Source: Leucoraja ocellata (lineage: Eukaryota). From it: 64,000 bases of DNA. The translations under genes were made by a program, and so were the position numbers. Below are positions 25,921-37,974 of the stretch, piece after piece. Position 1 is the stretch's first letter; each line of letters begins with the position of its first letter. The stretch lies in assembly GCA_036785375.1 (NCBI GenBank), contig JAWMAR010000116.1, positions 2,914,001-2,978,000 on the forward strand, given 5' to 3'. The notes under the pieces were generated by a model. That model was given only the letters and a program-made list of their open reading frames with translations, was not told the DNA's origin and did not search any database.

Positions 25921-26554
25921 GAGAGAGAGAGGGAGAGAGAAAGAGGGAGCTACTGGCAGTGTTCCTGTTGCCGCAATGGCCAACTTTAAATATAGAGTAG
26001 ATGACCTACTTGAAATTGTAGGGTGGGGTTCATTAGAAGTGCTAGCTTGGAAAACATCCGGCATATTTCCCTCTTAGTAGGTCTTCATGCTATGCGGATT
26101 CCTCAACAGTAGTGATTGCATGATGACCACTAGATATGAAAGGCCATAGCATCAATTCTCCACTGACATCATTGAAATATAGCCAATTCATTGGTAACCA
26201 TACATCCAGCATTGTTAACATTTGCAATTCAAAGAAGCATTTGAGGTTTACATTTATGCAGAAATATACATCCACGGGATGTTGCATTTACATTTCTCAT
26301 GTAAATCATGAGCTTTAAAAAACACGTGACTGCATACAATAATGAATAATTGTGATCTTAGTTGCACATTGATGGCACATGTAAAAACAAAGAGGAAATG
26401 ATTAGTTCAGTTTATTGTTTTTGTCTACATTCATGCATACCAGGGTGCAAAGAAGTCCCTTCTTCACACAAAGTCCATATTGTAAACAATGCAAAAAAGC
26501 TGAGTGGTGCAGATATTGCAATTGAAAGTAGAGCAAAAAAAAGCCAAAATGCAA

Positions 26555-26840
26555 TAGTCATAGAGCCATACAATGTGGAAACAGGCCCTTCGGCCCAACT
26601 TGCCAACACCGACCATCATGTCCCTTCTACACTAGTTCCACTTGCCTGCGTTTGGCCCATATTCCTCTAACCCTGTCCGATCCATGGACCTGTCTAATTG
26701 CTTCTTTAAAGTTGCGATAGTCCCTGCCTCAACTACCTCCTTCAGCAGCTCATTCCATACACCCAACACCCTTTGTGTGAAAAAGTTACCCCTTAGATTC
26801 CTATAAAATCTTTCCCCCTTCACCTTTGGTTCTCGATTCC
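26555..26840 (-). mobile_element. CR1 3' fragment
   Basis: GNFFTQRVLGVWNEL..VVEAGTI. Confidence 0.85.
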
Positions 26841-27526
26841 GCAAATACAGAATTACCAAATGAGATAGAGTTAAGATTATGTGGCAGCAAGGTCAGAAGC
26901 TAGAACAAAAACAATTTTGTGCCATTTACCTTGAAACTTATCTGCAACTTGACACAACACTTTGAAACCCATTTGTTAGAGTGGTCTGCAGAACAATGTA
27001 TCACATTCTATAAATAATTTTCAGGTGGGACACCGTCTACAGAAAGTGTGCATACACAAGTGTTCCAATTGCTCAACTAGTAACAATGCTTTTATTTCAT
27101 AAAACGCTGTGGGCTTTCCTTGGTGGCATCAATCACTGTAATTTTGTTTATTCATTCACAGGATGTCAACTTCACTGGCAAGTCTGGCCATTTTTGTCTA
27201 TTCAAATTTTCCTCAAATTAGGAAGCCAATTAAACCAGCCCAAATGAAAGGGTCTGACCTGAAACACTATCTGTCCATTTCCCTCCACAAATGCTGCTTG
27301 ACCCGTTGAGTTCCTCCAGCAGATTGTTGCTTCAGATTCATAAGGTCATAAGGAATAGGAATAGAATTAGGCCATTCAGCCCATCAAGTCTACTCCGCCA
27401 TTCAATCATGGCTGATCTATCCCAATTCTCCTGCCTTCTCCCCATAGCCTCTGACACCAGATTCCAGCATCTGCAGTCTCTTGTGATAAACCAGATGAGT
27501 TTTTAAAACATTCTATTAGCTTCACT

Positions 27527-27930
27527 GTTATCGTAGGCCCCTCTCGGTCATGACTGACCATGGGTGATGCATCCTGGTCGGATGCAAGCCTGGGCGATGT
27601 CACATGGAGGACAGGCTGTTGCCCATGTAGCACGTCCCCCCTCTCCACGTCGTGTATTGATCCGAAGGAACAACAGGGCCGTTACAGTTTGGCACCAGCG
27701 CCATCGCAGGAGCTGCCAGAACGAGGCTATAGACAACAACGAACTGCCTTAGGGGCTCTGACTCCAGATTTTCTTGAGGTTTACTCCTGGAGCCTTTTCC
27801 ATGACTGGATATGGCCACAAGGCTAGATGGACTGCCTTCCCAGGCTGACGAGCACCACCTGCCCGAGACTCGTGGGGGCGGGAGCGTCTACCTTCCCGTG
27901 CAGGTCTATAGCACCTGCCCACTGCCCGCA
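27527..27930 (-). mobile_element. Probable bipartite non-autonomous RTE element (5' UTR joined to 3' end)
   Basis: Minus strand CTCGTCAGCCTGGGAAGGCAGTCCATCTA..AGGAGTAAACC..CCCCTAAGGCAGTT..GCTGGTGCCAAACTGT, then CCATGGTCAGTCATGACCGAGAGGGGCCT resembling an RTE 3' end; similarity recalled, not searched. Confidence 0.6.
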
Positions 27931-28312
27931 ATTATCACCACTCATATTAAATTGAATTATTATAATGGAAAGCCACTCGTTAATATTTTGGGAGGGCTTC
28001 CATTCTAGTAATTCAAATTGTCATTTAAAATTTGCCGAAGTTTACATCTGGTAAATTTTATATTTGATAAATTTTAAAGCCTGTTTGTCATGATCAATGG
28101 CTTGGACTGCTAGACACTGTTCAACGTTGTTATACAGTATGCGAAGAAATTAAATGCAATACTCAGCTCAAATGCAAAGAAACTGCAGATGCAGTAAATC
28201 TGATCAGAAAATGCAATAAATATTCAGCAGGTCAGTGAGCATCCATGGAGAGGGAAATAGCGTTATTGTTCAAGAATGGTAGTTTTCCATTAGAAGTAAA
28301 AGTTTGAAAACA

Positions 28313-28607
28313 AGTTTAGCTTAGCTTAGAGATAGAGCAGAAACAGGCTCTTCGGCCTACTAAGTCCGCACCGACCAGCGATCCCACACACGCGGGACAA
28401 TTTACACTTATACCGAGCCAATTAACCTACAAACCTGTACGAGTTTGGAATGTGAGACGAAGCCGAAGATCTCAGAGAAAACCCACGCGACCACAGGGAG
28501 AATGTACAACCTCCGTGCAGACAGTACCCGTAGTCGAAATCCAACCTGGGTCTCTGGCACTGCAAGCATTGTAAGGCAGCAACTCTACCACTGCACCACC
28601 ATGCCGC
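28313..28607 (-). mobile_element. HE1/V-SINE-like SINE
   Basis: Family homology. Confidence 0.9.
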
Positions 28608-29215
28608 ATATGTTTGTTTTAAGTCAAGCGAACATAGGGAATATCTATAAGAGGATGGAGACCAAGACAGACTGAATGACTCAAGAGGCATTGGTGCTGA
28701 CTGAGGGAGTATTTCATGGAGACTTTTCTGATTACAGATAAATAATCTGGTCTGCTCTCATCCTTCTCCCACTTTTCACATAGGGTCCATAAAGTTATTA
28801 AAACTGCCAGGAATTCCTGAGATAACCATTAATTGTTATCAAATATAGTGAACTTAGTTTGGTACTGTTGGACGGCACTTGAACACAAAGCAGATTGTGC
28901 AGCCATCGAACTGAAAGAGTAGACACAATCTGATGTTGGCCAACATTAGCCGTCACTCATCATTAACAATATTGAAAATGAAATGTAATCACTCACACTA
29001 TCTGGAAACATTACAAAAATTGGCATCACATCAGACTGTAATTACGCTGTGCCTTGAGGAAAGTCCCGCAGCATGGGAGGACGTTTAAGATCTCTTCCAT
29101 TAATGAACTTTGACTAACTTTTTGCCAGAATTACATCAATTTGTTTGTGTCGATGAAAAGCTGAAAGTGCTTCCACGTCAACACAAGCTGCAAATGGTCA
29201 GGTTCCCTTACTTAC

Positions 29216-29247
29216 CTTTGATCACACAGCTGCCTCGCTAATTCCAC
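29216..29247 (-). other. Candidate 32-nt micro-exon
   Basis: Minus: ttttttctatttaacAG|GTGGAATTAGCGAGGCAGCTGTGTGATCAAAG|GTAAGT; in unique sequence. Confidence 0.5.
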
Positions 29248-29423
29248 CTGTTAAATAGAAAAAACACCTAAGGCTTTTTGAAAGCTGCCTGATATGAAGT
29301 CCAGCTTAACCTTCAGCCTCAATGTTAAGTGATGCTGGGAATGGCTGTTACAACCAAATGGTATTCAATGGAGGCAGAACGTGCAACTGGGACTTGAAAA
29401 TGGCGCCAAACTGGCCACTCTGT

Positions 29424-29457
29424 GGTCTGAAGATGGGTCTCGACCCGAAACGTCACC
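29424..29457 (+). ncRNA. Minimal type-I hammerhead ribozyme motif
   Basis: GGT-CTGAAGA-T-GGGT(CTCG)ACCC-GAAA-CG-TC-ACC. Confidence 0.7.
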
Positions 29458-29509
29458 CATTCCTTCTCTCCAGAGATGCTACCTGCCCCGCCGAGTTACT
29501 CCAGCTTTT
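29424..29509 (+). mobile_element. Short PLE-derived hammerhead element with 12-bp TSD inside family X
   Basis: TSD TGGCCACTCTGT (29412-29423) / TGGCGACTCTGT (29510-29521). Confidence 0.85.
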
Positions 29510-29611
29510 TGGCGACTCTGTATACTGTCTCAGTGTACTACTGCTGTACATTTGTACTGTATCTGAGATGCTTATCTAAGTTGTATGTCAGTGCTTATTT
29601 TAGTTTACCAG

Positions 29612-29778
29612 AGACAGAAAATGCTGGAGTAACTCAGCGGGGCAGGCATCATCTCTGGAGAGAAGGAATGGGGGACGTTTCGGGTTGAGACCCTTCTTCA
29701 GATCTCAGACCAGAAACATCAACCAGCATTTGTGTCTAACTTCAGTGTATAACCAGCATCTATAGTTCCTTCCTACTT
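29612..29778. mobile_element. PLE terminal-repeat inverted pair, plus arm internally deleted
   Basis: GACGTTTCGGGTTGAGACCCTTCTTCAG followed by TCTCAGACCAGAAACATC. Confidence 0.78.
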
Positions 29779-29782
29779 AATT

Positions 29783-30240
29783 CAGTTTAGTTTGGAGATA
29801 CAGCGCATAAACAGGCCCTTTGGCCCACCGAGCCCGCACCTACCAACAATCCCCGCACACTTATGCCCCTGTCCCACTTAAGAAACCTGAACGGAAACCT
29901 CTGGAGACTTTGCGCCCCACCCAAGGTTTCCGTGCCGTTCCCGGAGGTTGCAGATGGTTGCCGGAGGTTGCAGGTAGTGGAAGCAGGTAGGGAACCTCCG
30001 GGAACGCAAAGTCTCCAGAGGTTTCCGTTCAGGTTTCCTAAGTGGGACAGGGGCATAACACTATCCTACACAAACTAGGGAAAATTTACAATTTTACCAT
30101 TCCAATTAACCCACGAACCTGTATGGTCTTTGGAATGTGGGAGGAAACTGGATCACCCGGAGAAAACCCACGCAGGTCCCAGGAAGAACGTACCAACTCC
30201 AGCACCCGTGGTCAGGATCGAACCCGGGTTTTTGGCACTC
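29783..30240 (-). mobile_element. SINE interrupted by a MITE
   Basis: Family homology on both sides of 29864-30055. Confidence 0.85.
29864..30055. mobile_element. MITE, same family as 15629, opposite orientation, internal deletion
   Basis: Near-identical TIRs; TTA/TAA flanks. Confidence 0.9.
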
Positions 30241-30857
30241 TCATATCAGTTATTTATAGTGACATGTACTGAACTGTACACAAAAATGTGTTTACTTCGG
30301 TACATGTGACAAATAAAGTACCATTGAACCATTGAAAATGAAGTAATTGTTTAAGATGTGTACTCTTGGAGAAGGAATGATTGGTGGAATTTTTTTTTTA
30401 ATCATGTTCCAAAGCAATACTTTTCCTGCTCCAGTTTCACAGAGCATTGTACTGCTCCACTTCGGGCCTAGATATTCATCATTCCATTTGCTGCTATGCC
30501 AAGTTTAAAGACCCCAAGCTCTCAACTGCTCTCCTTAAATCTTGCCGGCTCAGTATCTCATTCACCTTTATTTTAAAAAACATCACTACGTTCAGGCTTT
30601 TATCCACCGATTCTAATACCTTGTGAAGATATATTAAGCTGATTAAAGATTCAGTATACAAATGAGTTTTCTGCTGGATGATAATGGATTTATTGGAGTG
30701 TTGGTTAACAGGGTACTCTGCAGTGGATGACTTTTACTGAAAATATCAAAGCAGGCAATGCTGTGGGTTTATCAAACGGGGTCTGAAATTGGCCAGCAGT
30801 AGTTCCTAAATGGACAGTTTTGTTTACCAGTGACAGGCACCATCAGATTGTTTTGCT

Positions 30858-31156
30858 TTGTTTAGATATACAGCGTAGAAACAGGCCCTTCGGCCCACTG
30901 AGTCCGTGCCGTACAGCAATCCCCACACACTTACACTATCCTGCACACACTAGGGATAATTTTACATTTATAACAAGCCAATTAACCTACAAACATATAT
31001 GCCTTTGGAGTGTGGGAGGAAACCAAAGGTCTCAGAGAAAACCCATGCCTGTCACGAGGAGAGCGTACAAACTCCGTAAAGACAGCGCCCCTAGTGGGTC
31101 GAACCCGGATCTCTGGCGCTGTAAGGTAATAGCTCTACCACTGCGCCACCATGCCG
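30858..31156 (-). mobile_element. HE1/V-SINE-like SINE
   Basis: Family homology. Confidence 0.9.
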
Positions 31157-31218
31157 TACAAATAACTGTGTGTTATTTGCAAACACTGGTATCATTGACA
31201 TAATTAAGTTAAGACTTA

Positions 31219-31385
31219 TGATAGACACAAAATACTGGGGTAACTCAGCTGGTCAGGCAGCATCTCTGGAGAAAAGGAACAGGTGATGTTTCGGGTGGAG
31301 ACCCTTCTTCAGACTGACAGTCAGGGGAGAGGGAAACTAGAAGTATGATTGGGTATAGAACAAATCAGAGCTGACACCGATGACT
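31219..31385 (-). mobile_element. PLE terminal repeat with hammerhead motif
   Basis: GGTGATGTTTCGGGTGGAGACCCTTCTTCAGACT. Confidence 0.8.
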
Positions 31386-31904
31386 CAATGACTGAAATGA
31401 ACACTAGAAATTAGATTTATATACAGAATCATGCAAAGCAAAGCAGCAAAATACAAACATCACATACAATTCCAATAATGAAATCAAATTGAAAAATTAT
31501 TGAGGGAAATTTACACAAGGAAATAAACTGAAGGAGATAATGATGATAGCAATGAGAGAAAAGAGCTGCCAGAGATGTGGTAAGAATATCCTGAAGGAGA
31601 AACAGTTTTGTGTTGGTTCTGTGCAGCGTTATTCACAAAGATGACTGATGCAATGGAGGAGTTAACTTCTTCAAACATTTCAGATCAATTATCGCAGCAG
31701 AATGTCAGTAATATCACCACTCTCACCCGGACATTGGTATCCTCTCAAAGAAAGGTAACTAGTGACACCTACTGGTGAAACTGCAACCCTGGCTTATCAC
31801 TTGCATCGCTTACTGTTGAAACCGTCGCAACTTGGTTTGGCACTGAGATTGCAAATTCAATTCAATAGGACTGGGGGAAGAACACAAAGGAGGACGCTTT
31901 AAAA

Positions 31905-32473
31905 TATAAAAGGAGTCTATTATTTTTGGCCTTCCGGAAGGCCACCAGAGAAGCCGAGGAGGAGGAGCCTCGTGGGTCGGAGGAGCCTTGTGGGTCGATG
32001 AAGCCTCACGGGCTGGAGCCCGGGCCTCGCGGGTCTGAGGTGGAGCCTCGTGGGTTGGAATCAAAGCCGCGCTAGTTAACCGAGCCCGCAGCTGGGGCCG
32101 GGGTCAGCGCCATGGAGGCATCCTGAGAGGATCCGGCAGCGATAGTAGAGAGGTCAGTGCGGTGGTCGATGATGGCAGTGACCAATGGACAAGGTCAAAT
32201 GGCATGGAGTGAGGATGCCGCTGCCGGGAGAAGGAAGAAAGGAGGACCCGGTGTGGGGGGACCACCGTGAGGGTGTGGGGGGGGGGGGAGGGCAATGGAG
32301 GACCCGGCATTGGGGGACCAGCGGGAGGGAGGGAGAACAAAGGGGGACATGGCGCAAGGATATTTTGTAACTTTGCCAATGCCCTTTATGTGGCGACTAA
32401 TTGCATACCTTGGTATGCAAGCAAAGAATGTCACTGTTTCTTGTCACATGGAACAATAAAGTATTCATTCATT
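31905..32473 (+). mobile_element. GC-rich unclassified retroposon-like element with 18-bp internal repeats and (ATTC)n tail
   Basis: GGAGGAGCCTCGTGGGTC repeats 31958-32060; 3' end homologous to 4488-4640 (minus); AATAAA then microsatellite. Confidence 0.65.
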
Positions 32474-32587
32474 CAAGTATTTTTCACAATCTCAGGGCAT
32501 CCGCAGGTTTATTATAACTATTGAAATGCATTTGTGTTTTCATAGGTTAATGCAATGGCCACTTGGGAACATCAGATAACACAAACG

Positions 32588-32898
32588 GATGGCACGGTGG
32601 CGCAGCGGCAGAATTGCTGCCTTACAGCACCGGAGACCTGGGTTCGATCCTGACTACGTGTGCTGTCTGTACAGAGTTTATACGTTCTCCCTGTGACCTC
32701 CTGGGTTTTTTCCTGGAACTCCAGTTTCCTCCCACATTCCAAAGACGTACAGATTTTGTAGGTTAATTGGCTTGGTTTAATTGTAAATTGACCCTAGTGT
32801 GTGCAGGAAAGCGTTAGTGTACGGGGTGATCACTGGTCGGCGTGGACTTGGTGGGCCGTAGGACCTGATTCTGCACTGTATCTCAAAACTAAACTAAC
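32588..32898 (+). mobile_element. HE1/V-SINE-like SINE
   Basis: Family homology. Confidence 0.9.
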
Positions 32899-32967
32899 TA
32901 TTTGGTTGAGATAATCGTACTTACTGGAATAAAGTCACCTATCACAGAATCTTTAATGCTCATATAT

Positions 32968-34376
32968 GGGTGCTTCCATAAATAAGGGTAGCAACCCGTG
33001 ACATGGGTGCCCAAATTTGAACGTTATTAAATTATACCGAAATACCACTTTAAAAATGGCCTACCTATGATCCTTTTCAGCTAATTTGTGATCAAAATCG
33101 ACCAAAATTTGACCAAAATTTAATATTTTCAAAATTTGAAAAAAAAAGAGAAAAAAAACATTTATAATTTTTTTTTCAATGTACATAAATGAGAAAGAAT
33201 ATAGTAACGTTTCATCGAATTCAATGTTAATTTACTTGCAATTTGCCTGGAACCAAAAGCATCCGTGTAGACAGGAGCATACTTTCAACGAGACATGGCA
33301 TTATCTGGGGCCAGGTCACTTTTGATTCCCTTCGTCACAGTGCATACACTTTACAACAACATAGCAACAAGCAATGAAAGTTTAACTGAATTTAAACATT
33401 TCTACAGCAAACCAGAAGCAACATTTACGAGAAAAGAACGAAAAAGTGCACAAAGATTTTTACTAACCAATGATTCCAAACAAAAAACAAGTGAACACAG
33501 TGTTATCCAGAGTACAGATGCCCACAACGTGACCATTAGTCTCATAGAAACATAGAAAATAGGTGCAGGAGTAGGCCATTCGGCCCTTCGAGCCTGCACC
33601 GCCATTCAATATGATCATGGCTGATCATCTATGCTCCATTTCAAAATGTCGGCACGTAACCCACCATCCAGGCACATAGTTCAGGTCAGGATCATTACAA
33701 CCGCGTTGTTTGAATTTTTTTTAAATGGCGACGAAAAAAACATGACAGCATTGATGACGTCAAAAAACGGAATGGACCACAGAAGGAGATGTCGCTAAAT
33801 ACGTGAGCAAATAGTAGATTTTTATTTCATGAGTTTAAGTTCTATTCGTTATTAAGTATTTCAATGGAAAGCTTAAATACAAAATATATACAATAAAAAA
33901 AGAAACAAAAATTATATAAACGGTTACTTTGCTTTTAATTCACACATTTCATACGTGACCAAATGGACATTGCTACTCATGTTGTGCTGCAAAAACTTGA
34001 GGCATCAGAAAACAATCTAATCGGGAGATTAATGATAAAAATCATAAGCATAATCAGAATTTGGCTTATATAGAGTTATTTACTTGCAAAATTAATGTAA
34101 TCTTTCTAGTATAAATTAGCCTAAGGATTCGATGAAATCCTGCTTGAAAAATTTCACAAAAAAAGGCAAGAAAACACGTACCTGATATTTTTCGTTGTAA
34201 AAACAGATTTATTTATTTTTGCTTCATCTCATTAATTTGGCTATACACCGTGATCTATACTACTTAAAATACAGAATATGAAACAATGGGATATTACATT
34301 AAAAAACAAGAAAATAACCTGGACGTTATGGAGACTTTCAGTTTCATTACTGAGTGCTGTATTTACAGAAACACCC
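32968..34376. mobile_element. AT-rich non-autonomous DNA transposon (ISL2EU/Harbinger-related), with CR1 tail inserted at 33543-33632
   Basis: TIRs GGGTGCTTCCATAAATA / TATTTACAGAAACACCC, both flanked by ATAT. Confidence 0.68.
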
Positions 34377-34823
34377 ATATTTGAACGAGTCACTGTATAA
34401 AATCATATAGAGGCAATTTAAACTAAAAATATGTAGGAACACTCAGCATGTCATGTAGCATCTGTGGAAAGAGGAACAGTCCACAGTTCAACTTGGACCC
34501 TTTGCCAGTTTTTACAGCGTTATGCTTTCCACAGACAATGTCTGACCTGCTGAGTGTTTCCACCATTTTCTCCAGAGTTTTATTCCAGATTTCTAGCATC
34601 TTCAGGTTTTTTGTTTGTTGATGTTCATCACAAAGAAGGTCGTCACTTTACACAATGCACCAATTTCTCTGATGCATCAACATAGCCATAGACAACCTGG
34701 TCAAGTCCTAACTCTGAGGGAACATGGTAGACAAAATTTCAATAAAAATTTGAAACAATCCCTCACATACCATCTTTCCAAAACAAGTTGAAAGAGAAAA
34801 TGAATCAAATACTTGAATTGACA

Positions 34824-34942
34824 CCAGTCTGAAGAAGGGTCTTGACCCGAAACGTCACCCATTCTTTCTCTTCAGAGATGTTACTCCAGCTTTTTGTGTC
34901 TATTTTCGGTTTAAGCCAGCATCTGCAGTTCCTTCCTACACA
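34824..34942 (+). mobile_element. Short PLE-derived hammerhead element
   Basis: Family homology, ending CATCTGCAGTTCCTTCCTACAC. Confidence 0.85.
34826..34859 (+). ncRNA. Minimal type-I hammerhead ribozyme motif; predicted cut after C34856
   Basis: AGT-CTGAAGA-A-GGGT(CTTG)ACCC-GAAA-CG-TC-ACC. Confidence 0.7.
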
Positions 34943-35869
34943 TTTGAAATATTTAATCTCTCTTGTTACTTGCATTTTTTTTTAAACTCTCATAAATTGT
35001 AATCACACTATAGTTACCAACCTCAGACTGATTTCCAGCAAGTTTCTTGTGAATGCTGTCTGGCTGGGGATTGTATTCCTCAAACGAGGAAATGGTTCTG
35101 AGTGTGAACATGTTTACACATGGGCTCAGCACTTTGCTCTCCGCTGCCAAACCTAAAGTCCATGGGAGCAGAAGCAGGGGTGAATATTCTTCATGATACG
35201 AGCTCTTTAAGGCATCCAAAGGGTAAAAAAAAAACCCTCTGAGCACAATCCTAATTAGGTTTCACAGTAAAGAATGATTCTCCATATGGTATATCAAACT
35301 CAAGCAATGCAAAATGGTTTCCTCCAGGGGCCTACCACTTCTTTCCTCTCGATTCAGGTCAGACTCTAGTCTGGGATTACTCTCTTGCATTCACGTTGCA
35401 ATGAAGTTGAAACAGGCAGTCACACTGCATCCTGCAAATGACTAGACACTTCCTAACGACTGCTATGTGAAGCCGAGCCAATTAATCCTCGAAAACAAAA
35501 TAAAGAAAACCTTTGGATTCGCCAAAAGAGTTAGTCAGTGAAGTAGGTGGGGAAACTGTAACAGCCACAAAGCATTAGGTGTGGAGGGAAGGTAGAACCA
35601 TGGAAGATTAGAGCTGCAGGGGTAAACATGCTGGTTTGTTTTCAGCAGAAGTTCCTGCCTAACCCTTCCTCAGGGTAGGTAGAGAATGGAATTTTTCGAT
35701 CTCCGATGGCACGCAGGATATTTGTTTCTTTCAACAAATCCAAGATAAAGATTAAAATGGAAATAAGGATAACCGACGCTTACACCATGAAATTTGAACT
35801 TACCGAAAATTATTTTTTGTGGGACAATTCATCGTGCCGTGCTAAATGACAAGCTCAAGCTCCATTTTG

Positions 35870-36425
35870 AGTTTAGTTGTAGTTTAGTTTAGTTTATTGA
35901 CAAGTGTACCAAGGTAGAGTGAAAAGCTTCTTGCTGCGTGCTATCCAGTCAGCGGAAAGACTTTACATGATTACAATCGAGCCATCACCACAGTATACAT
36001 TTTCGGATAAACGGTATAACATTTAGTGCAAGATAAAGTCCAGTAAAGTACGATTAAAGATAGTCCGAGGTTCTTCAATGAGTTAGTTAGTGCCTCAGGA
36101 CTGCCCTCTAGTTGTAGGTAGGATGGTTCAGTTGCCTGATAACAGCTGGGAAGAAACTGGCCCTGAATCTGGAGGTGTGCGGTTTCACACTTCTGTACCT
36201 CTTGCTGGATGGTAGAAGTGAGAGTGACAGGCATGAGACTCATCCTTGATTGTGCTGGTGGCCTTGCCAAGTGTAAAGTGTAGATGGAATTAATGGAAGG
36301 GAGGTTGGTTTGGCTGAGAATTGTGGGCTGCGTCCACAACTCTCTGCAACTTCTTGCGGTCTTGGAAGGATCTGTTCCCAAACCATGCTGTGGTGCATCC
36401 CGATAAAATGCTTTCTACGGCGCAT
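35870..36425 (-). mobile_element. Rex1/Babar 3' fragment
   Basis: Homologous to 10900-11210; (TTTAG)n tail. Confidence 0.8.
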
Positions 36426-36704
36426 TTTTTAACTAATCAGTTAAAAGTGCCACGCTCATTCATTCCATCAATTACAATTTATGGTACATTCACAGCAATT
36501 GACTCTGATACTGAGCACAGAGCAGGAGACGATGGTACCGAAATTCATCTGCACCATCATTCTGGCATTAAATCATTATCAATGATCTCTAACACTAAAA
36601 TCGTTAAATTAGTTACTGCCAGTTCCAAAGCAGGGCCGGTGGGCTCATTCATATAACACCATCTGTTTCAGGAATGACAGGCTTAAGTATTAAACATCCT
36701 GCAT

Positions 36705-37012
36705 TTGGTTTGGTTTAGTATAGATTCTAGAGATGCAGAAATAGGCCCTTCGGCTGACTGAATCCATGCCAACCATTGATGACTCGTACACTAATTCCAT
36801 CCAGCACACTAGGAGAAATTATGACAGAAGCCAATTAACCTACAAATCTATATGTCTTTGGAGTGTGGGAGGAAACCAGAGCACCCAGAGAAAACCCACG
36901 CGGTCACAGGGATAATGTCCAAACTCCATACAGACAACACCCATAGTCAGGATTGAACCCTAGTCTCTGGCGCTGTGAGGCAGCAGCTCTACCGCTGCTC
37001 CATTGTGCCGCT
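36705..37012 (-). mobile_element. HE1/V-SINE-like SINE
   Basis: Family homology. Confidence 0.9.
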
Positions 37013-37218
37013 CTGCAGCTGTGTATTAAAGACACCTTTTCCTCACAGTTCTGCCTTCAAAAAGTTAGCCTCCCAAAGGAAAGGAAGCAAAACAACCATC
37101 AATCTTTCCATCACTCGAGAGTGCAGGCAAAGAATAAGTGCCTGTACAGAGCTGGGATTGGGGACTGCAGACTTCTTCCAGATGACCACAGCAACCTGCT
37201 TTGGCTCAGAAGCCCAAA

Positions 37219-37970
37219 GTCACAATCACAATCACAATAATACTTTATTAGCCAAGTATGTTTTGCAACATATGAGGAATTTTATTTGCCAAGTCAGTCA
37301 TACAAATAAAAAGCAACGGAACACACAAAATACATTTTAACATAAACATCCACCACAGTGACTCCGCGACATTCCTCACTGTGATGGAAGGCAAAAAAAG
37401 TTCAAATTTCCTCCCTTTTCGCTCTGCCGTGGTCGGGGGCCTCGAGCCTTCCGCTGAGAGGACGACCTTGACTCCCATAGCCGGCGGTCGGGCCCTCCGC
37501 ATCGGGGCGATCAGCTCCTTCATCGGGGGGGATGTCAGCTCCCCCACACTGGTGATCAAACCCCGCGTTGGGGCTGGTTGAACCTCTGCACTGTTGGAGC
37601 TCCCGACTCGCCTCTCCCGAGACTGTGAGCCCTTGATGGTAAATCCGCAGGCAGCGGTTGGAGCGATCCCAGGCAAGGGATCGGCTCCGATGTTAAGTCC
37701 AGGCCCCGCGGTGGGGCACAAAGTCAGTCCGAGGAGGCTTCCAGCTCCATCGATGGTAGGCCGCAGAGTGACCGGTGAATGCGATCCGGAAAATAATCGC
37801 ATCTCCGGCAAGGTAAGAAACTGAATAAAAGTTTCCCCTGACCCCCTCCCCTTCACTCCACATAAAACAAACCAGAGAACATTTACACAAACTTTTAACA
37901 CCCACTAAAAATTAAAAAGAAGACAAAAAAACAGTTGGCGGGGCTGCCAATCACGCGGCGTCCCTGGTGA
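37219..37970 (-). mobile_element. GC/CpG-rich non-coding retroposon (family Y)
   Basis: About 750 bp homologous to 52150-52867 (+); AATAAA plus (ATTGTG)n tail. Confidence 0.8.
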
Positions 37971-37974
37971 TAAT

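Noticed and set aside
37248-37901. 217-aa ORF
   Set aside because: Within GC-rich family Y; the frame is not preserved in the 52150 copy
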